This document shows, in pieces, positions 40,875 through 53,100 of a DNA stretch of 64,000 nt. Location: positions 64,001 through 128,000 of the forward strand of contig JAVRCV020000006.1 of NCBI GenBank assembly GCA_034530615.2. The letters are read 5' to 3'. Numbering within the stretch: position 1 is the stretch's first letter; each line of letters opens with the position of its first letter. The notes beneath the pieces are model-generated. The model worked only from the letters and a program-made list of their open reading frames with translations, was not told the origin of the DNA and made no database searches. Source of the stretch: Aulosira sp. ZfuVER01. GTDB lineage: Bacteria; Cyanobacteriota; Cyanobacteriia; Cyanobacteriales; Nostocaceae. Both the position numbers and the translations under genes were made by a program.

Positions 40875-42488
40875 TTACTCAGAAATATTAACCAAACTAT
40901 CAACTGGAGAAGCGGCCAATGTGGGAGCTTGAAATAGACGTGAGTAGAGACTTGATGGTTGCTGGTGAGCAACAACTGGTAGAACTTCGCGTGCATGAGC
41001 AGCTAATTCTACTGCCTTCACATCGTAAGTTTGGGTGATTAACTTTGGATAGAAGCCAATACCGATGATGGGAACCAACAGACAAGCTGTAATAAACAGT
41101 TCGCGGGGTTTAACATCAGGGATGAATTTATCGAGATGTAACTCTTCGCTTTGCTTACCGTAAAACACTTGACGCAACATCGACAGTAAGTAAATCGGAG
41201 TCAAAATTACACCCACTGCTGAGAGTAGTACAACTACAATCTTGAAGCTAGAACTGTAAACATCACTGCTAGCGATACCCAAGAACACCATCAATTCACC
41301 AACAAAGCCACTCATTCCTGGTAAAGCTAGAGAAGCCATTGAACCGGCTGTAAACAGCGCGAAGGTGCGGGGCATTACCTTACCCATACCGCCCATCTTA
41401 TCCATCATCAAGGTGTGGGTACGTTCGTAAGTCACACCAGACAAGAAGAACAAGCTAGCAGCAATTAAACCGTGAGAAACCATCTGGAGGACAGCGCCGC
41501 TAAGTCCAATTTCTGTGTAAGACGCAATCCCAATCAACACAAACCCCATGTGGGCAATTGAAGAGTAAGCCAAACGACGTTTGAGGTTTGTTTGAGCAAA
41601 GGCGCAACAAGCACCGTAGACAATATTCACTACACCCAAGATTGCCAACACAGGGGCAAAGGTAACATGGGCATTAGGTAACATTTCAATGTTGAAACGG
41701 ATTAGTGCATAACCACCCATTTTCAGCAACACACCAGCCAAAATCATGGAACCAGGTGCAGATGCTTCACCGTGGGCATCAGGTAGCCAAGTATGTAGAG
41801 GGAAGATTGGCAATTTAACGCCAAAGGCAATTAAGAATCCGGCGTAAACTAATAATTCAAATGCTTTGGGATAATTCTTCATTCCTAGAGTCGCCATGTC
41901 GAAGCTGACGGTATCTCCAGAGAATGCCATTGCAAAACCAGCTACCAGAATAAATATTGATGCGGCAGCAGTATAGATAATAAACTTAGTTGCAGCGTAG
42001 CGGCGGTTTTGTCCACCCCAAATCGAAATCAGCAAGTACACAGGTACTAACTCGATTTCCCACATTAAGAAGAACAATAGTAGATCCTGGGCCATAAACA
42101 CGCCAAGCTGGGCGCTGTACATCACCAGCATCAATCCATAAAATAAACGCGGCTTGTTGGTTACTTTCCAAGCCGCGAATATTGCTAGGGTGTTAATTAA
42201 GCCGGTCAGTAACACTAGAGGCATTGATAAACCATCAACTGCTACAGACCAATTCAAACCTAACTGTGGTACCCAAGAATATTTTTCTACAAGTTGGAAG
42301 GTTGAATTGTGGAAGTCGTAGTTATGCCAAAAGGCATAAATCATTAGGGCAAAGTCTGCTATTGCTACTCCCAAACCATACCAGCGAACGGTTTTACCTT
42401 CTTTGTCGGGAATCAGCGGGATGGCTAGAGATGCCATCAGCGGCAAGAGAATTATGGCCGTTAGCCAAGGAACTTCAATAGTGTTCAT
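40875..42488 (-). CDS. ndhD: NAD(P)H-quinone oxidoreductase subunit 4 (NdhD, probably NdhD2-type)
   Basis: [49 protein letters not shown]. Confidence 0.95.
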   Translation of the reverse strand: MNTIEVPWLTAIILLPLMASLAIPLIPDKEGKTVRWYGLGVAIADFALMIYAFWHNYDFHNSTFQLVEKYSWVPQLGLNWSVAVDGLSMPLVLLTGLINTLAIFAAWKVTNKPRLFYGLMLVMYSAQLGVFMAQDLLLFFLMWEIELVPVYLLISIWGGQNRRYAATKFIIYTAAASIFILVAGFAMAFSGDTVSFDMATLGMKNYPKAFELLVYAGFLIAFGVKLPIFPLHTWLPDAHGEASAPGSMILAGVLLKMGGYALIRFNIEMLPNAHVTFAPVLAILGVVNIVYGACCAFAQTNLKRRLAYSSIAHMGFVLIGIASYTEIGLSGAVLQMVSHGLIAASLFFLSGVTYERTHTLMMDKMGGMGKVMPRTFALFTAGSMASLALPGMSGFVGELMVFLGIASSDVYSSSFKIVVVLLSAVGVILTPIYLLSMLRQVFYGKQSEELHLDKFIPDVKPRELFITACLLVPIIGIGFYPKLITQTYDVKAVELAAHAREVLPVVAHQQPSSLYSRLFQAPTLAASPVDSLVNISE

Positions 42489-42938
42489 CACTTTGTTACG
42501 AACTGTTTACAATCTGCTTTTAATTGCAGTATATTAACGAATTTGTACTTTTGTAAACGTAATTTATCCCTAGGATGGCAAATCTTAAGATTTAGATAGT
42601 GATAAATACTCATCATTTTTACCGTCCACAATTCTAATTGTAAAGTTTTGCAACGTCAATGTGGGTTGAATATTTCTTTTGGTCTGAGATAAAAATCTCG
42701 GTTAAGCTCTATAAGCCAATAAAAAAGGCGGCTAATGCCACCAATTGACGCTAAATTTTTTCTGCAAGAATTTGGGTATTATGTGTGGTGAGTGCTTACT
42801 CGCAATATTATTAAGGGGATAAAAGCAGAGGGCAGTGGTTCGACTTCACGGCAGTTGAGCGTAGTCGAAACTCAACAACGGGGCAATGGCAGAAGGAAAG
42901 AATTTACTGATTAAATCTCCCGCTTCGTTGTTATCCCA

Positions 42939-43050
42939 CCAGAGAATCAATTCTCTGGCTAATAGGTCAACTCTACTAAAGTAGACTAAGCCGCATATTT
43001 CAGTCCACTTGAGTGGACTTAAGCTATTAGCCCTGCACTTCAGTTTAGGG
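42939..43050. mobile_element. multi-hairpin MITE-like dispersed element
   Basis: Hairpins ccagagaatcaattctctgg, tctactaaagtaga and agtccacttgagtggact; enclosing gctaatag / ctattagc pair. Confidence 0.6.
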
Positions 43051-43096
43051 AAGGATAATTGGCAGCACGATATTTTGACTATTAGAAAAATGCAGG

Positions 43097-43606
43097 TTAA
43101 ACGATGCGATTGACAATTGTCCATACATCCCCATCCGATCGCACATGGGGAACGGAGATAGTCTTGAACCCGGTAATGAAAGGCTTGTAATAAACTTGCC
43201 AATAGAGGGGACTTAACTCATCGGCGCAAGACTTCAGCAGGCGGATTTCGGTTGCAAGTTCTCCAGCTAGTTGATTAATGCGTTGAGCATGAATCTGAGC
43301 CGCGCTTCTAGCTTCTTCTAGCTGCTGCTGTAGGGTAAGTTGTTTGGATTCAATTTGCCAACGTGCTAACTCAGCTTGTTTTTGTTGTAGTTGAACTTCT
43401 AAAGCCGCGATCGCATCATCAATTCCTTTGAGTTCTACAGCTAATTGGGGATTTTCCCTAGCAAAGCGACGGTAAGCTTCAGCTATGGCGATGGGTGAAT
43501 CATTCTGACTCGACACTACATTATTAATATTGAGAGCAGCACGTTCTTGCTTGAGAGCCTGAACTTGTTGGCGAAGCGCTGCTATTTCTGCTTGAATCTG
43601 CTGCAT
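43097..43606 (-). CDS. coiled-coil hypothetical protein
   Basis: Q/E/A/L-rich heptads with a short aromatic C-terminal segment; follows thrB by 9 bp. Confidence 0.75.
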   Translation of the reverse strand: MQQIQAEIAALRQQVQALKQERAALNINNVVSSQNDSPIAIAEAYRRFARENPQLAVELKGIDDAIAALEVQLQQKQAELARWQIESKQLTLQQQLEEARSAAQIHAQRINQLAGELATEIRLLKSCADELSPLYWQVYYKPFITGFKTISVPHVRSDGDVWTIVNRIV

Positions 43607-43615
43607 AATTCCTGT

Positions 43616-44539
43616 TTATCCTTGTTTGGTGCTTCTTGCGCCTTGGTTATCCAGAGAAAGCGATCGCACAACAGCTGTAATTCCTTCTTCTTGCCAAGCA
43701 GTTCGCATCGCCGCTTCTACAGATTGGGAATGTTCTACATCCGCTAAAGCCAACAGTGTCGGCCCTGCGCCACTAATTACCATGCCATAAGCACCAGCTG
43801 CCACAGCCGCCATATTCACGGCATCGTAACCAGAAATCAAAGCTTTGCGATAGGGCTGATGTAACTTATCTTGTAAAGCTGTCTTTAACCATTCTCCCTT
43901 ACCAGTTGCCAAGCCCCGCAACAATAAACCCAAGTGAGCAGTATTGAAAATTGCATCAGTACGACTTACCTCAGTTGGGAGAACTCGCCGCGCCTCTGCC
44001 GTTGAAAGTTCAAAATCAGGAATCGCTACCACTGGGACAACATTTTCCTGCCAAGGTACATCACAAATTTCCCAACCTGCGCCACTGCTAGCCGCCAGAC
44101 GACATCCGCCTAATAAAGCGGGAACGACATTATCAGGATGTCCTTCCATTGAGATCGCTAATTCCATCACTTGCAACTGCGAGAGAGGTTCTCCAGCCAG
44201 TTGATTAGCCGCAACTAATCCACCCACAATTGCTGTAGCTGAACTCCCCAAACCCCTCGCCAATGGCACACCTAGCTGAATCTCAATTTTTACGCTTGGT
44301 GGTACCTGCTCTATATATTGATAGAGCTTCACAAACGCCTGATAGAGTAGATTGCTCTCATCAGTTTGTACCCCTTCAGCTTCTTCACCTGTGACATGAA
44401 TAATTAACCCGCCTTCATCTAAGCGAGTAAACTGAAACTTGTTGTATAGCGTTAAAGCTGCACCGATGCAGTCAAAACCAGGCCCCAAATTAGCAGTGGT
44501 GGCGGGAACAGTAACAGTTACACCAGAAACAACAGACAT
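43616..44539 (-). CDS. thrB: homoserine kinase
   Basis: VPATTANLGPGFD, PLARGLGSSA, EGHPDN, DKLHQPYR, ISGAGPT. Confidence 0.96.
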   Translation of the reverse strand: MSVVSGVTVTVPATTANLGPGFDCIGAALTLYNKFQFTRLDEGGLIIHVTGEEAEGVQTDESNLLYQAFVKLYQYIEQVPPSVKIEIQLGVPLARGLGSSATAIVGGLVAANQLAGEPLSQLQVMELAISMEGHPDNVVPALLGGCRLAASSGAGWEICDVPWQENVVPVVAIPDFELSTAEARRVLPTEVSRTDAIFNTAHLGLLLRGLATGKGEWLKTALQDKLHQPYRKALISGYDAVNMAAVAAGAYGMVISGAGPTLLALADVEHSQSVEAAMRTAWQEEGITAVVRSLSLDNQGARSTKQG

Positions 44540-44653
44540 CTGCAAATCTCACTAATCAATCAACCAGCATCCCATGTAAATGTCATTTTTTGCCATTGCT
44601 CATTTGTTATTTCTCCCTGATTGGCACAATATTTTAAGTTTTGCGTTGGGGAT

Positions 44654-44962
44654 GCGTAGGCGTAGCCCGTCGTAGCAGCGGCTTCCGCTGATCTGTTAGG
44701 GCAGCGTAAAGCCTACGGCATAGCTACTCTTCCAAAACGCCTTTGACGAACGCTTAGAGCAACGCAGGAGCGTCACTTTTCAAGACAGCCATTCACGCCA
44801 GGTTTTGGCACAACCAAGGATGAAAATATTAATCCTTCCTTCTGCCCTTCGGGTGAGGCTCCTTCGTCGCTAACGCCAGTCGCTCATGGGGGTTTCCCCC
44901 ATGACCGCGCTGGCTCACCTCCTGCCTTCTGCCTCCTGCCTTATTTTCAAGCTAGACATCGC
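44654..44962. mobile_element. nested cluster of small dispersed repeats and STRRs
   Basis: The element gcgtaggcgtagcccgtcgtag...acatcgc is split by about 280 bp containing further palindromes and (CTGCCTY)n. Confidence 0.6.
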
Positions 44963-44983
44963 ATCTTCCCCTGATGCAAAATT

Positions 44984-46801
44984 CTACTGTGCTTTCCTAA
45001 ACCACTCGCTAATTCCATCAGCTAGCACTTTTGCCATTTTCTTCTGTTGTTCTGGGTTCACTACCTGCTCAAATTCTTTAGGATTACTCATAAAACCTAA
45101 TTCCAGCAACACCGATGGTGCAGCAGTGGGACGTGTCAGCGCTAGGTTATCCCAAAATACACCATAGGAAGGTCTGCCTAGGTTTTTGACCACATAGTTG
45201 TGCAAAAATAATGCTAGGCTGTGGGCTTGGGTGTTATACCAAAAAGCTGCAAATCCCTTGATTCTTTCCGCATCACCATCATCGGGTAGGGAGTTGTGAT
45301 GAATAGAAAGCGCGATCGCAGGTTCTTCTTTACTAATAATTGCCTGCCGTTCTACTAAGGATACATCTTTATCATCTTCCCGGGTTAATACCACCGTTGC
45401 CCCACGTTTCACCAACTCATCCCGCAGCAACTTAGATACGACCAAGTTGACATCTTTTTCTAAATAGCCAGTTGGGCCACTGGCACCTGATTCTTTACCC
45501 CCATGTCCGGGATCTAGTAAAATCCTGATACCGGATAAAGGTTTGCGTGTTTTGTCTTTGATTGCAGGCGGATGACGCAAAGCTAAGACCAGGCTCGTAC
45601 CTTCGTATCTCAGCTGATATCCCCACTGTTGAGATTTTTTGAGATTAAAGGTGTATTTAACCTGTCCGGGAGCCACTTGTTGCCAATCTAGGCGAGAAAT
45701 TAGGGGACTATCATCCGTGCGAACAATATCTGTTTGGGCGGTGGTGTTGTAAAGTGTGAGGCTGAAAGAATTAGTGCTTTGTTGTACGCTTACAGGAACG
45801 GGAACTTCTAGCGGGAAAACAATCTCTGTGGCGCTAGGAAGTTGTCGATAACCGACACTGCGGATGATTGTGCGTGGTGAAATAGCATCTGGTAAAATTT
45901 GGGTTTCTTTACTATTAATCCAAGCACCATAATCTAGACGTAACCATTCACCTTCTTTCCCTGTGACTGTGGCTCTGGTTCCTTTGGGTAGTGGTGTGAG
46001 TCGAGAATGGTCAGTACTTGGGCCAGTGCGAGCAACGCCTGAGTCTGCTGTTACTTCTACAACTGGTAAATTTGCAGGTCTAAGAATTTGGATTTTGCCA
46101 GTACCAGACTGAGTTACAGTCTGACCATTAAGTGTCAGTCTAAATTCTGGTATACCCAAATCAATATTTTTGCCGGAATCTGGAGTGACAGCACCGGAAA
46201 TTATATTGGTACTGTTAGTTGAAGAATCAGGCTGTTGTGCTACGGTGCAACCCTCATACCTTCCTGCGATAGACTGGTTAGCAGGTTGATTTTTTCCCGT
46301 TAAGGCTGCCAAATTACTTGGTAGTTGTGCCTTGATGGGTTGGGGTGCAAGAGCAATAGTTTGATTAGCCAGGTTAACAGCAACACTGGCGTTAGAGGGT
46401 GCGATCGCGCTAAAACAAATCAATTCCCCTGGTAGTCTGGCAATGTCAGCTGCTGGCGTAAGAGAATCTTTGGCAAAGGCTAAACCTTTTGGTAGCTGAG
46501 TCTGAGTGGTAAGTCTTGTCACCTTAATCTGAAGTTCTTGATTTTGGTGGCGCACAGTAAACAAATTATCTCCCAATTGCAAGGGAAAACTTGGCGCAAA
46601 ATGACCAGCCTTGCTGCGGGTAACTGGCTTACCATTAACTAACACCTGACCATCTGATGGTGCAGTACCCAGAAAAAAGATTTTTTCCGCACTTGTTTGG
46701 TAGTTTGTCTTGGGAAAAACAACTACAAGAGATGAATCTGCCAATGCTACTGAGGAGGTGACAACAAGGCTTAATAATACTAGTCCTATGAGTTTTTTCA
46801 C
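44984..46801 (-). CDS. N-acetylmuramoyl-L-alanine amidase (Amidase_3) with an SH3-like domain
   Basis: Signal peptide; ILLDPGHGG, LEKDVNL, LSIHHN, VLLELGF. Confidence 0.92.
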   Translation of the reverse strand: MKKLIGLVLLSLVVTSSVALADSSLVVVFPKTNYQTSAEKIFFLGTAPSDGQVLVNGKPVTRSKAGHFAPSFPLQLGDNLFTVRHQNQELQIKVTRLTTQTQLPKGLAFAKDSLTPAADIARLPGELICFSAIAPSNASVAVNLANQTIALAPQPIKAQLPSNLAALTGKNQPANQSIAGRYEGCTVAQQPDSSTNSTNIISGAVTPDSGKNIDLGIPEFRLTLNGQTVTQSGTGKIQILRPANLPVVEVTADSGVARTGPSTDHSRLTPLPKGTRATVTGKEGEWLRLDYGAWINSKETQILPDAISPRTIIRSVGYRQLPSATEIVFPLEVPVPVSVQQSTNSFSLTLYNTTAQTDIVRTDDSPLISRLDWQQVAPGQVKYTFNLKKSQQWGYQLRYEGTSLVLALRHPPAIKDKTRKPLSGIRILLDPGHGGKESGASGPTGYLEKDVNLVVSKLLRDELVKRGATVVLTREDDKDVSLVERQAIISKEEPAIALSIHHNSLPDDGDAERIKGFAAFWYNTQAHSLALFLHNYVVKNLGRPSYGVFWDNLALTRPTAAPSVLLELGFMSNPKEFEQVVNPEQQKKMAKVLADGISEWFRKAQ

Positions 46802-46982
46802 AGCGAGATCACAGAAGATTTCACATTAGTTACTGTGGCACAATGACCAAGAAAGGATGAAGGCTAAAGGCTAAAGGATGAAGGTTAAAGAATCTTTGCC
46901 CTTGATATTCCCACAGGGTAGGTTTAAATTTCATACTTTATACTTCATACTTCATATTTCAGATGACGGGATGTATTTTTAG

Positions 46983-48890
<1,908 letters not shown>

Positions 48891-49002
48891 TGTAAGCTGA
48901 CAACAGTAATTTAAAATTCACAGTTAACAGTAGCTTTTTTGTGCTTTAAATTGTGAATTTTTATAAAGGAACAGTGACATCACGGGGACTTGAGGAGATT
49001 TT

Positions 49003-49425
49003 GTGGCGTACTGGGTGAAAATCCTTTACGAGAGGAAAAAATACGTAGTCAATTTCGACCGTATTAATGCCTTTTGTTATGAACAAAACGGCAGAGTAAC
49101 CTTTTGGCTACCCGATTCTGCTATTCCAATTGTGATTAACCCACAAAGTAACCCGCAAGATTATCAAAAAATTTTGAAATACATAGAACGTGTGACAGGT
49201 TTGGAACTAGATGATGCCTATTGGGTGAAAATTATTTATGAAAACAACGAATATGTAATTAACCTGACTTGCATCAGTTCCTTTTGCCAAGAATCTAACG
49301 GCAGGATAACTTTTTGGTTACCTGATGGTACTATTCCCATCGTCATCAATCCTGTAAGTAATCCAGAGTCTTATCAAAAAGTTTTGCAATATGTCCAAAA
49401 AGCGACAGGGTATTCGTTGTCTTAA
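49003..49425 (+). CDS. hypothetical protein made of two tandem ~70-aa repeats
   Basis: AYWVKI.YE...FC.E.NGR.TFWLPD..IPIVINP.SNP..YQK occurs twice. Confidence 0.8.
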   Translation: MAYWVKILYERKKYVVNFDRINAFCYEQNGRVTFWLPDSAIPIVINPQSNPQDYQKILKYIERVTGLELDDAYWVKIIYENNEYVINLTCISSFCQESNGRITFWLPDGTIPIVINPVSNPESYQKVLQYVQKATGYSLS

Positions 49426-49521
49426 ATGGTAAGGCAGGAGGTAGAGGGCAGAGGGATTAGGGGGACGCGGAGAATGACAAAGGACAAATGCCTGATGCCC
49501 CATGCCCAATACCTATTAATT

Positions 49522-49920
49522 CTAGGTGCTTGGAGTATTGCTGTTGTGGGTTGATTCTTTTGCACCAGCTTTTAAACGGCTAGCAATGCTTTTGCGGATG
49601 CGATCGCCTTTACGCACACCACCTGCCATCTCATATTCGTAGCTGTCTTTGCCGTATTTCACAGCAACTCCCAGTAGCATGTAAGTAGAGAGATCGCCCA
49701 AGGTTTTCTCTAATTCTTTAATCTCGCTTTTGTAAGCCTCAACCACGCACACAGCAGTATTATAAGACTGGATTTTACTGCGCAATTTTTCGATTATTTG
49801 TATCATATTTTCCAAGTTCCGATTATTCCCAAAATCTATGTTGGGATCAATCGCCTGGAGTCCGTAGGTTCTTAATACAGCTTTTTCTAAAACACGTGAT
49901 TTCTGTTTTTGACGAGGCAT
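49522..49920 (-). CDS. basic coiled-coil hypothetical protein (KYGKDSxEYEMAGG-type C-terminus)
   Basis: 132-aa ORF, basic at both ends, helical centre. Confidence 0.75.
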   Translation of the reverse strand: MPRQKQKSRVLEKAVLRTYGLQAIDPNIDFGNNRNLENMIQIIEKLRSKIQSYNTAVCVVEAYKSEIKELEKTLGDLSTYMLLGVAVKYGKDSYEYEMAGGVRKGDRIRKSIASRLKAGAKESTHNSNTPST

Positions 49921-50062
49921 GGGTGTATCCCTTGTATAGTATTTTAAAGCTAGCTTGCCTTAGCGAAGGTGCATTTCGGTTCAGCAATATTCGCAAATAA
50001 TTGCAATTTTTATAAAAATTAATTTAAGTCATTTTACGAATGTCAATTTAAGTTGGGGGTGC

Positions 50063-50125
50063 GAAGTAACAACAAAACTTGTTGTCCTAACGACAGAGGT
50101 TACGGAAGTAACGACAGCTTCTTTA
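50063..50125. repeat. three-unit 21-bp-period mini-array with a TAACRACA core
   Basis: taacaaca 50067, taacgaca 50088, taacgaca 50109. Confidence 0.6.
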
Positions 50126-50194
50126 TAAGCGCGATCGCACTTTGCCGGAAACTATAAATACTGCGTCCCTTTATCTTCTCGTCCCCATGTCTTC

Positions 50195-53100
50195 TTACCG
50201 CCACCATCGCCCTACATCCACAACCCCATGCGCAATTTCTGCCATTGTCGCTTCACCACCCAACGCAAAGATAACTGGAAACAACGCCTTGATATCTGGT
50301 AGCAAGATAGGGCGAGTGTGAAGGGACAGCTCGTGCAGGACATCTCGCCAGAAGGGGAAAATGTCCCCAGACAGTATTTGTGAACAACCGGAAGCTAATG
50401 CTATCAGGACTTGGACACGAGACTCCTCAGACTCAATTGCCCTAGCAGTGGAGAGTGCTTCTTTTAACAACTCTGGTGGTAGTTTCTCAGCTAATGCTAT
50501 CAGGAGTTCGGCGCGAGACTTCTCATGCTCAATTGCACTAGTAGTGGTGAGTGCTTCTTTTAATAACTCTGGTAGTTTCTTGGCTAATGCTATCAGGACT
50601 TGGGCACGATCGCTATCATTCTGAATTTCTCTGGCGGCGGTAAGTACTTCTTTTAACAACTCTGGTGGTAGTTTCTCGGCTAATGCACTCAGGACTTGGG
50701 CGCGATTCCACTCAGACTCAATCATCCTGGCGGTGGAGAGTACTTCTAGTAATAACTCTGGTGGTAGTTTCTCGGCTAATGCACTCAGGACTTGGGCGCG
50801 ATACTTCTCATCCTGAATTTCTCTGGCGGCGGTAAGTACTTCTTTTAACACCTCTGATGGTAGTCTCTCGCCTAATGCTATCAAGAACTCGGCGCGATAA
50901 TAATCATCCTCAATTACCTTAATGGCAGAGAGTACTTCTTTTAACAACTCTGGTAGTCTCTCGCCTAATGCTATTAAGAACTCGGTGCGATTGCCGTCGT
51001 ACTCAATTGCCTGAATGGCGGAGATTACTTCTTTTAAAAACTCTGGTCGTAGTTTCTTGGCTAATGCGATTAGGACTTGGGCGCGATAATTATCATACTC
51101 AATCGCCATAGCAGTGGTGAGTGCTTCTTTTAACAACTCTAGTGGTAATTTATCGGCTATTTCACTCAGGGCTTCGGTGCGATTCCACTCAGACTCAATC
51201 GCCTTCACGGCAGTAAGCGCCTCTGGCAATAATTCAGGTAGTTTCTCGCCCAATGCTATCAGGACTTGGGCACGATAGCTATCATTCTGAATTTCTCTGG
51301 CGGCGGTGAGTGCTTCTTTTAACAACTCTGGTGGTAGTTTCGCAGCTAATGCTATCAAGGCATTGGCGCGAGACTTATCATCCTGAATTGCCTTAGCGGC
51401 AGTGAGTGCTTCTTTTAACAACTCTGGTGGTAGTTTTGCAGCTAATGCTATCAAAGCTTTGGCGCGAGACTTATCATCCTGAATTGTCATAGCAGTGGTG
51501 AGTGCTTCTTTTAACAACTCTGGCGGTAGTTTCTCGGCTATTTCACTCAGGCTACGGCCGCGATACCACTCATCTTGAATCGCCCTAGCAGTGATGAGTG
51601 CATCTGGCATCAACTCTGGCGGTAGTTTTTCGGTTAATGCACTCAAGACATCGACGCGAGACTTCTCATCCTGAATCGTGTTCACGGCGGTGAGTACTTC
51701 TTTTAACAACTCTGGTTTTAGTTTCTCGGCTAATGCAATCAGGACATCGGCACGATACCCCTCATCCTGAATTGCCATAGCAGTGATGAGTGCTGCTTTT
51801 AACAATTCTGGTGGTAGTTTTTTGACTAATGCAATCAGGACATCGGCACGATGCCCCTCATCCTGAATTGCCATAGCAGTGGTGAGTGCTGCTTTTAACA
51901 ACTCTGGTGCTAGTTTTTTGACTAATGCTTTTAGAGCCTCGGCGCGATACCACTCATTCTGAATCGCCTGAATGGCGGAAAGTACTTCTAGCAACAACTC
52001 TGGTGGTAATTTCTCGGCTAAGGCAATCAAGGCATTGGTGCGAGACTCCTCATCTTGAATTGCCTGAATGGCGGAGAGTACTTCTAGCAACAACTCTGAT
52101 GGTAGTTTCTGGGCTAATGCTATCAAGGCATCGGCGCGAGGCTTCTCATCCTGAATCGCTCTAGCAACAGTGAGCGCTTCTGTTAACAACTGTGGTGGTA
52201 GTTTCTCGGCTAATGCACTTAGAGTAGGGGTGCGATAATACTCATTCTGGATCGATCCAGCACAGGCTAGTGCTGCTTCTAACAATTCTGGTGGTAGTTT
52301 CTTGGCTAGTGCAATTAGCGCATTGGTGCGATCGCTATCAGGGTAAATCACCGTAGCAGTGGTGAGTGCTTCTGGCCACAACTCTGGCAGCTTCTCGGCT
52401 AATGCACTCAGAGCTTTGGCTCGTTGAGCTTTAGACTCAAGTGCTCTAGCAGTGGTGAGCGCTTCTTTTAACAACTCTGGCGGTAGTTTCTCTGCTAATA
52501 CTATCAGTGCAAGGGCGCGATAGAACTCGATTTGAATCGCCGTAGCAGTGGTGAGTGTTTCTGTCCACAACTCTGGCAATTTCTCGGCTAATACAATCAG
52601 GACTTCGGCGCGATACTGCTCATCCTGAATCGCCCTAGCAGCAGTGAGTGCTTCTTTTAACAACTCTGGCGGTAGTTTCTCAACTAATTTACTCAGGGCA
52701 TTGGCGCGCTTGCCCTCATACTGAATCGCACTGACGTTGTTGAGTGTTTCTGTCCACAACTCTGGCTGTTTCTCGGCTAATGCAATTAGTGCTAGAGCGC
52801 GATCGCTATCATCCTGAATTGCCCTAGCGTCAGTGAGTGCTTCTGGACAAAACTCTGGTAGTTTCTGGATTAATGCACTCAGAGCTTTGGCTCGATACTC
52901 CTCATACTCAATCACCCTGGCAATAGAGAGTGCTTCTTTTAACAACTCTGGTGGTAGTTTCTCGGCTAATGCTATCAAGGCATCAGCGCGAACATAATCA
53001 ATCTCAATCGCCTTGGCGGCGGAGAGTGCTTCTTTTAATAACTCTGATGGTAGTTGCTTGGCTAATGCTATTAAGGCATTGGCGCGATCGCTCTCATCCG

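Noticed and set aside
42542..42556. 15-mer TTACAAAAGTACAAA shared by the upstream regions of ndhD (minus) and the DUF2993 gene (63084-63098)
   Set aside because: A few exact 15-mer matches are expected by chance in 64 kb of AT-rich DNA, and the distances to the starts differ.
42846..43202. 118-aa ORF and similar ORFs over repeat elements (35747-35977, 44886-45167, 57799-58084, 20300-20548)
   Set aside because: They span MITE/STRR DNA or lie antisense to real genes, and have no protein-like motifs.
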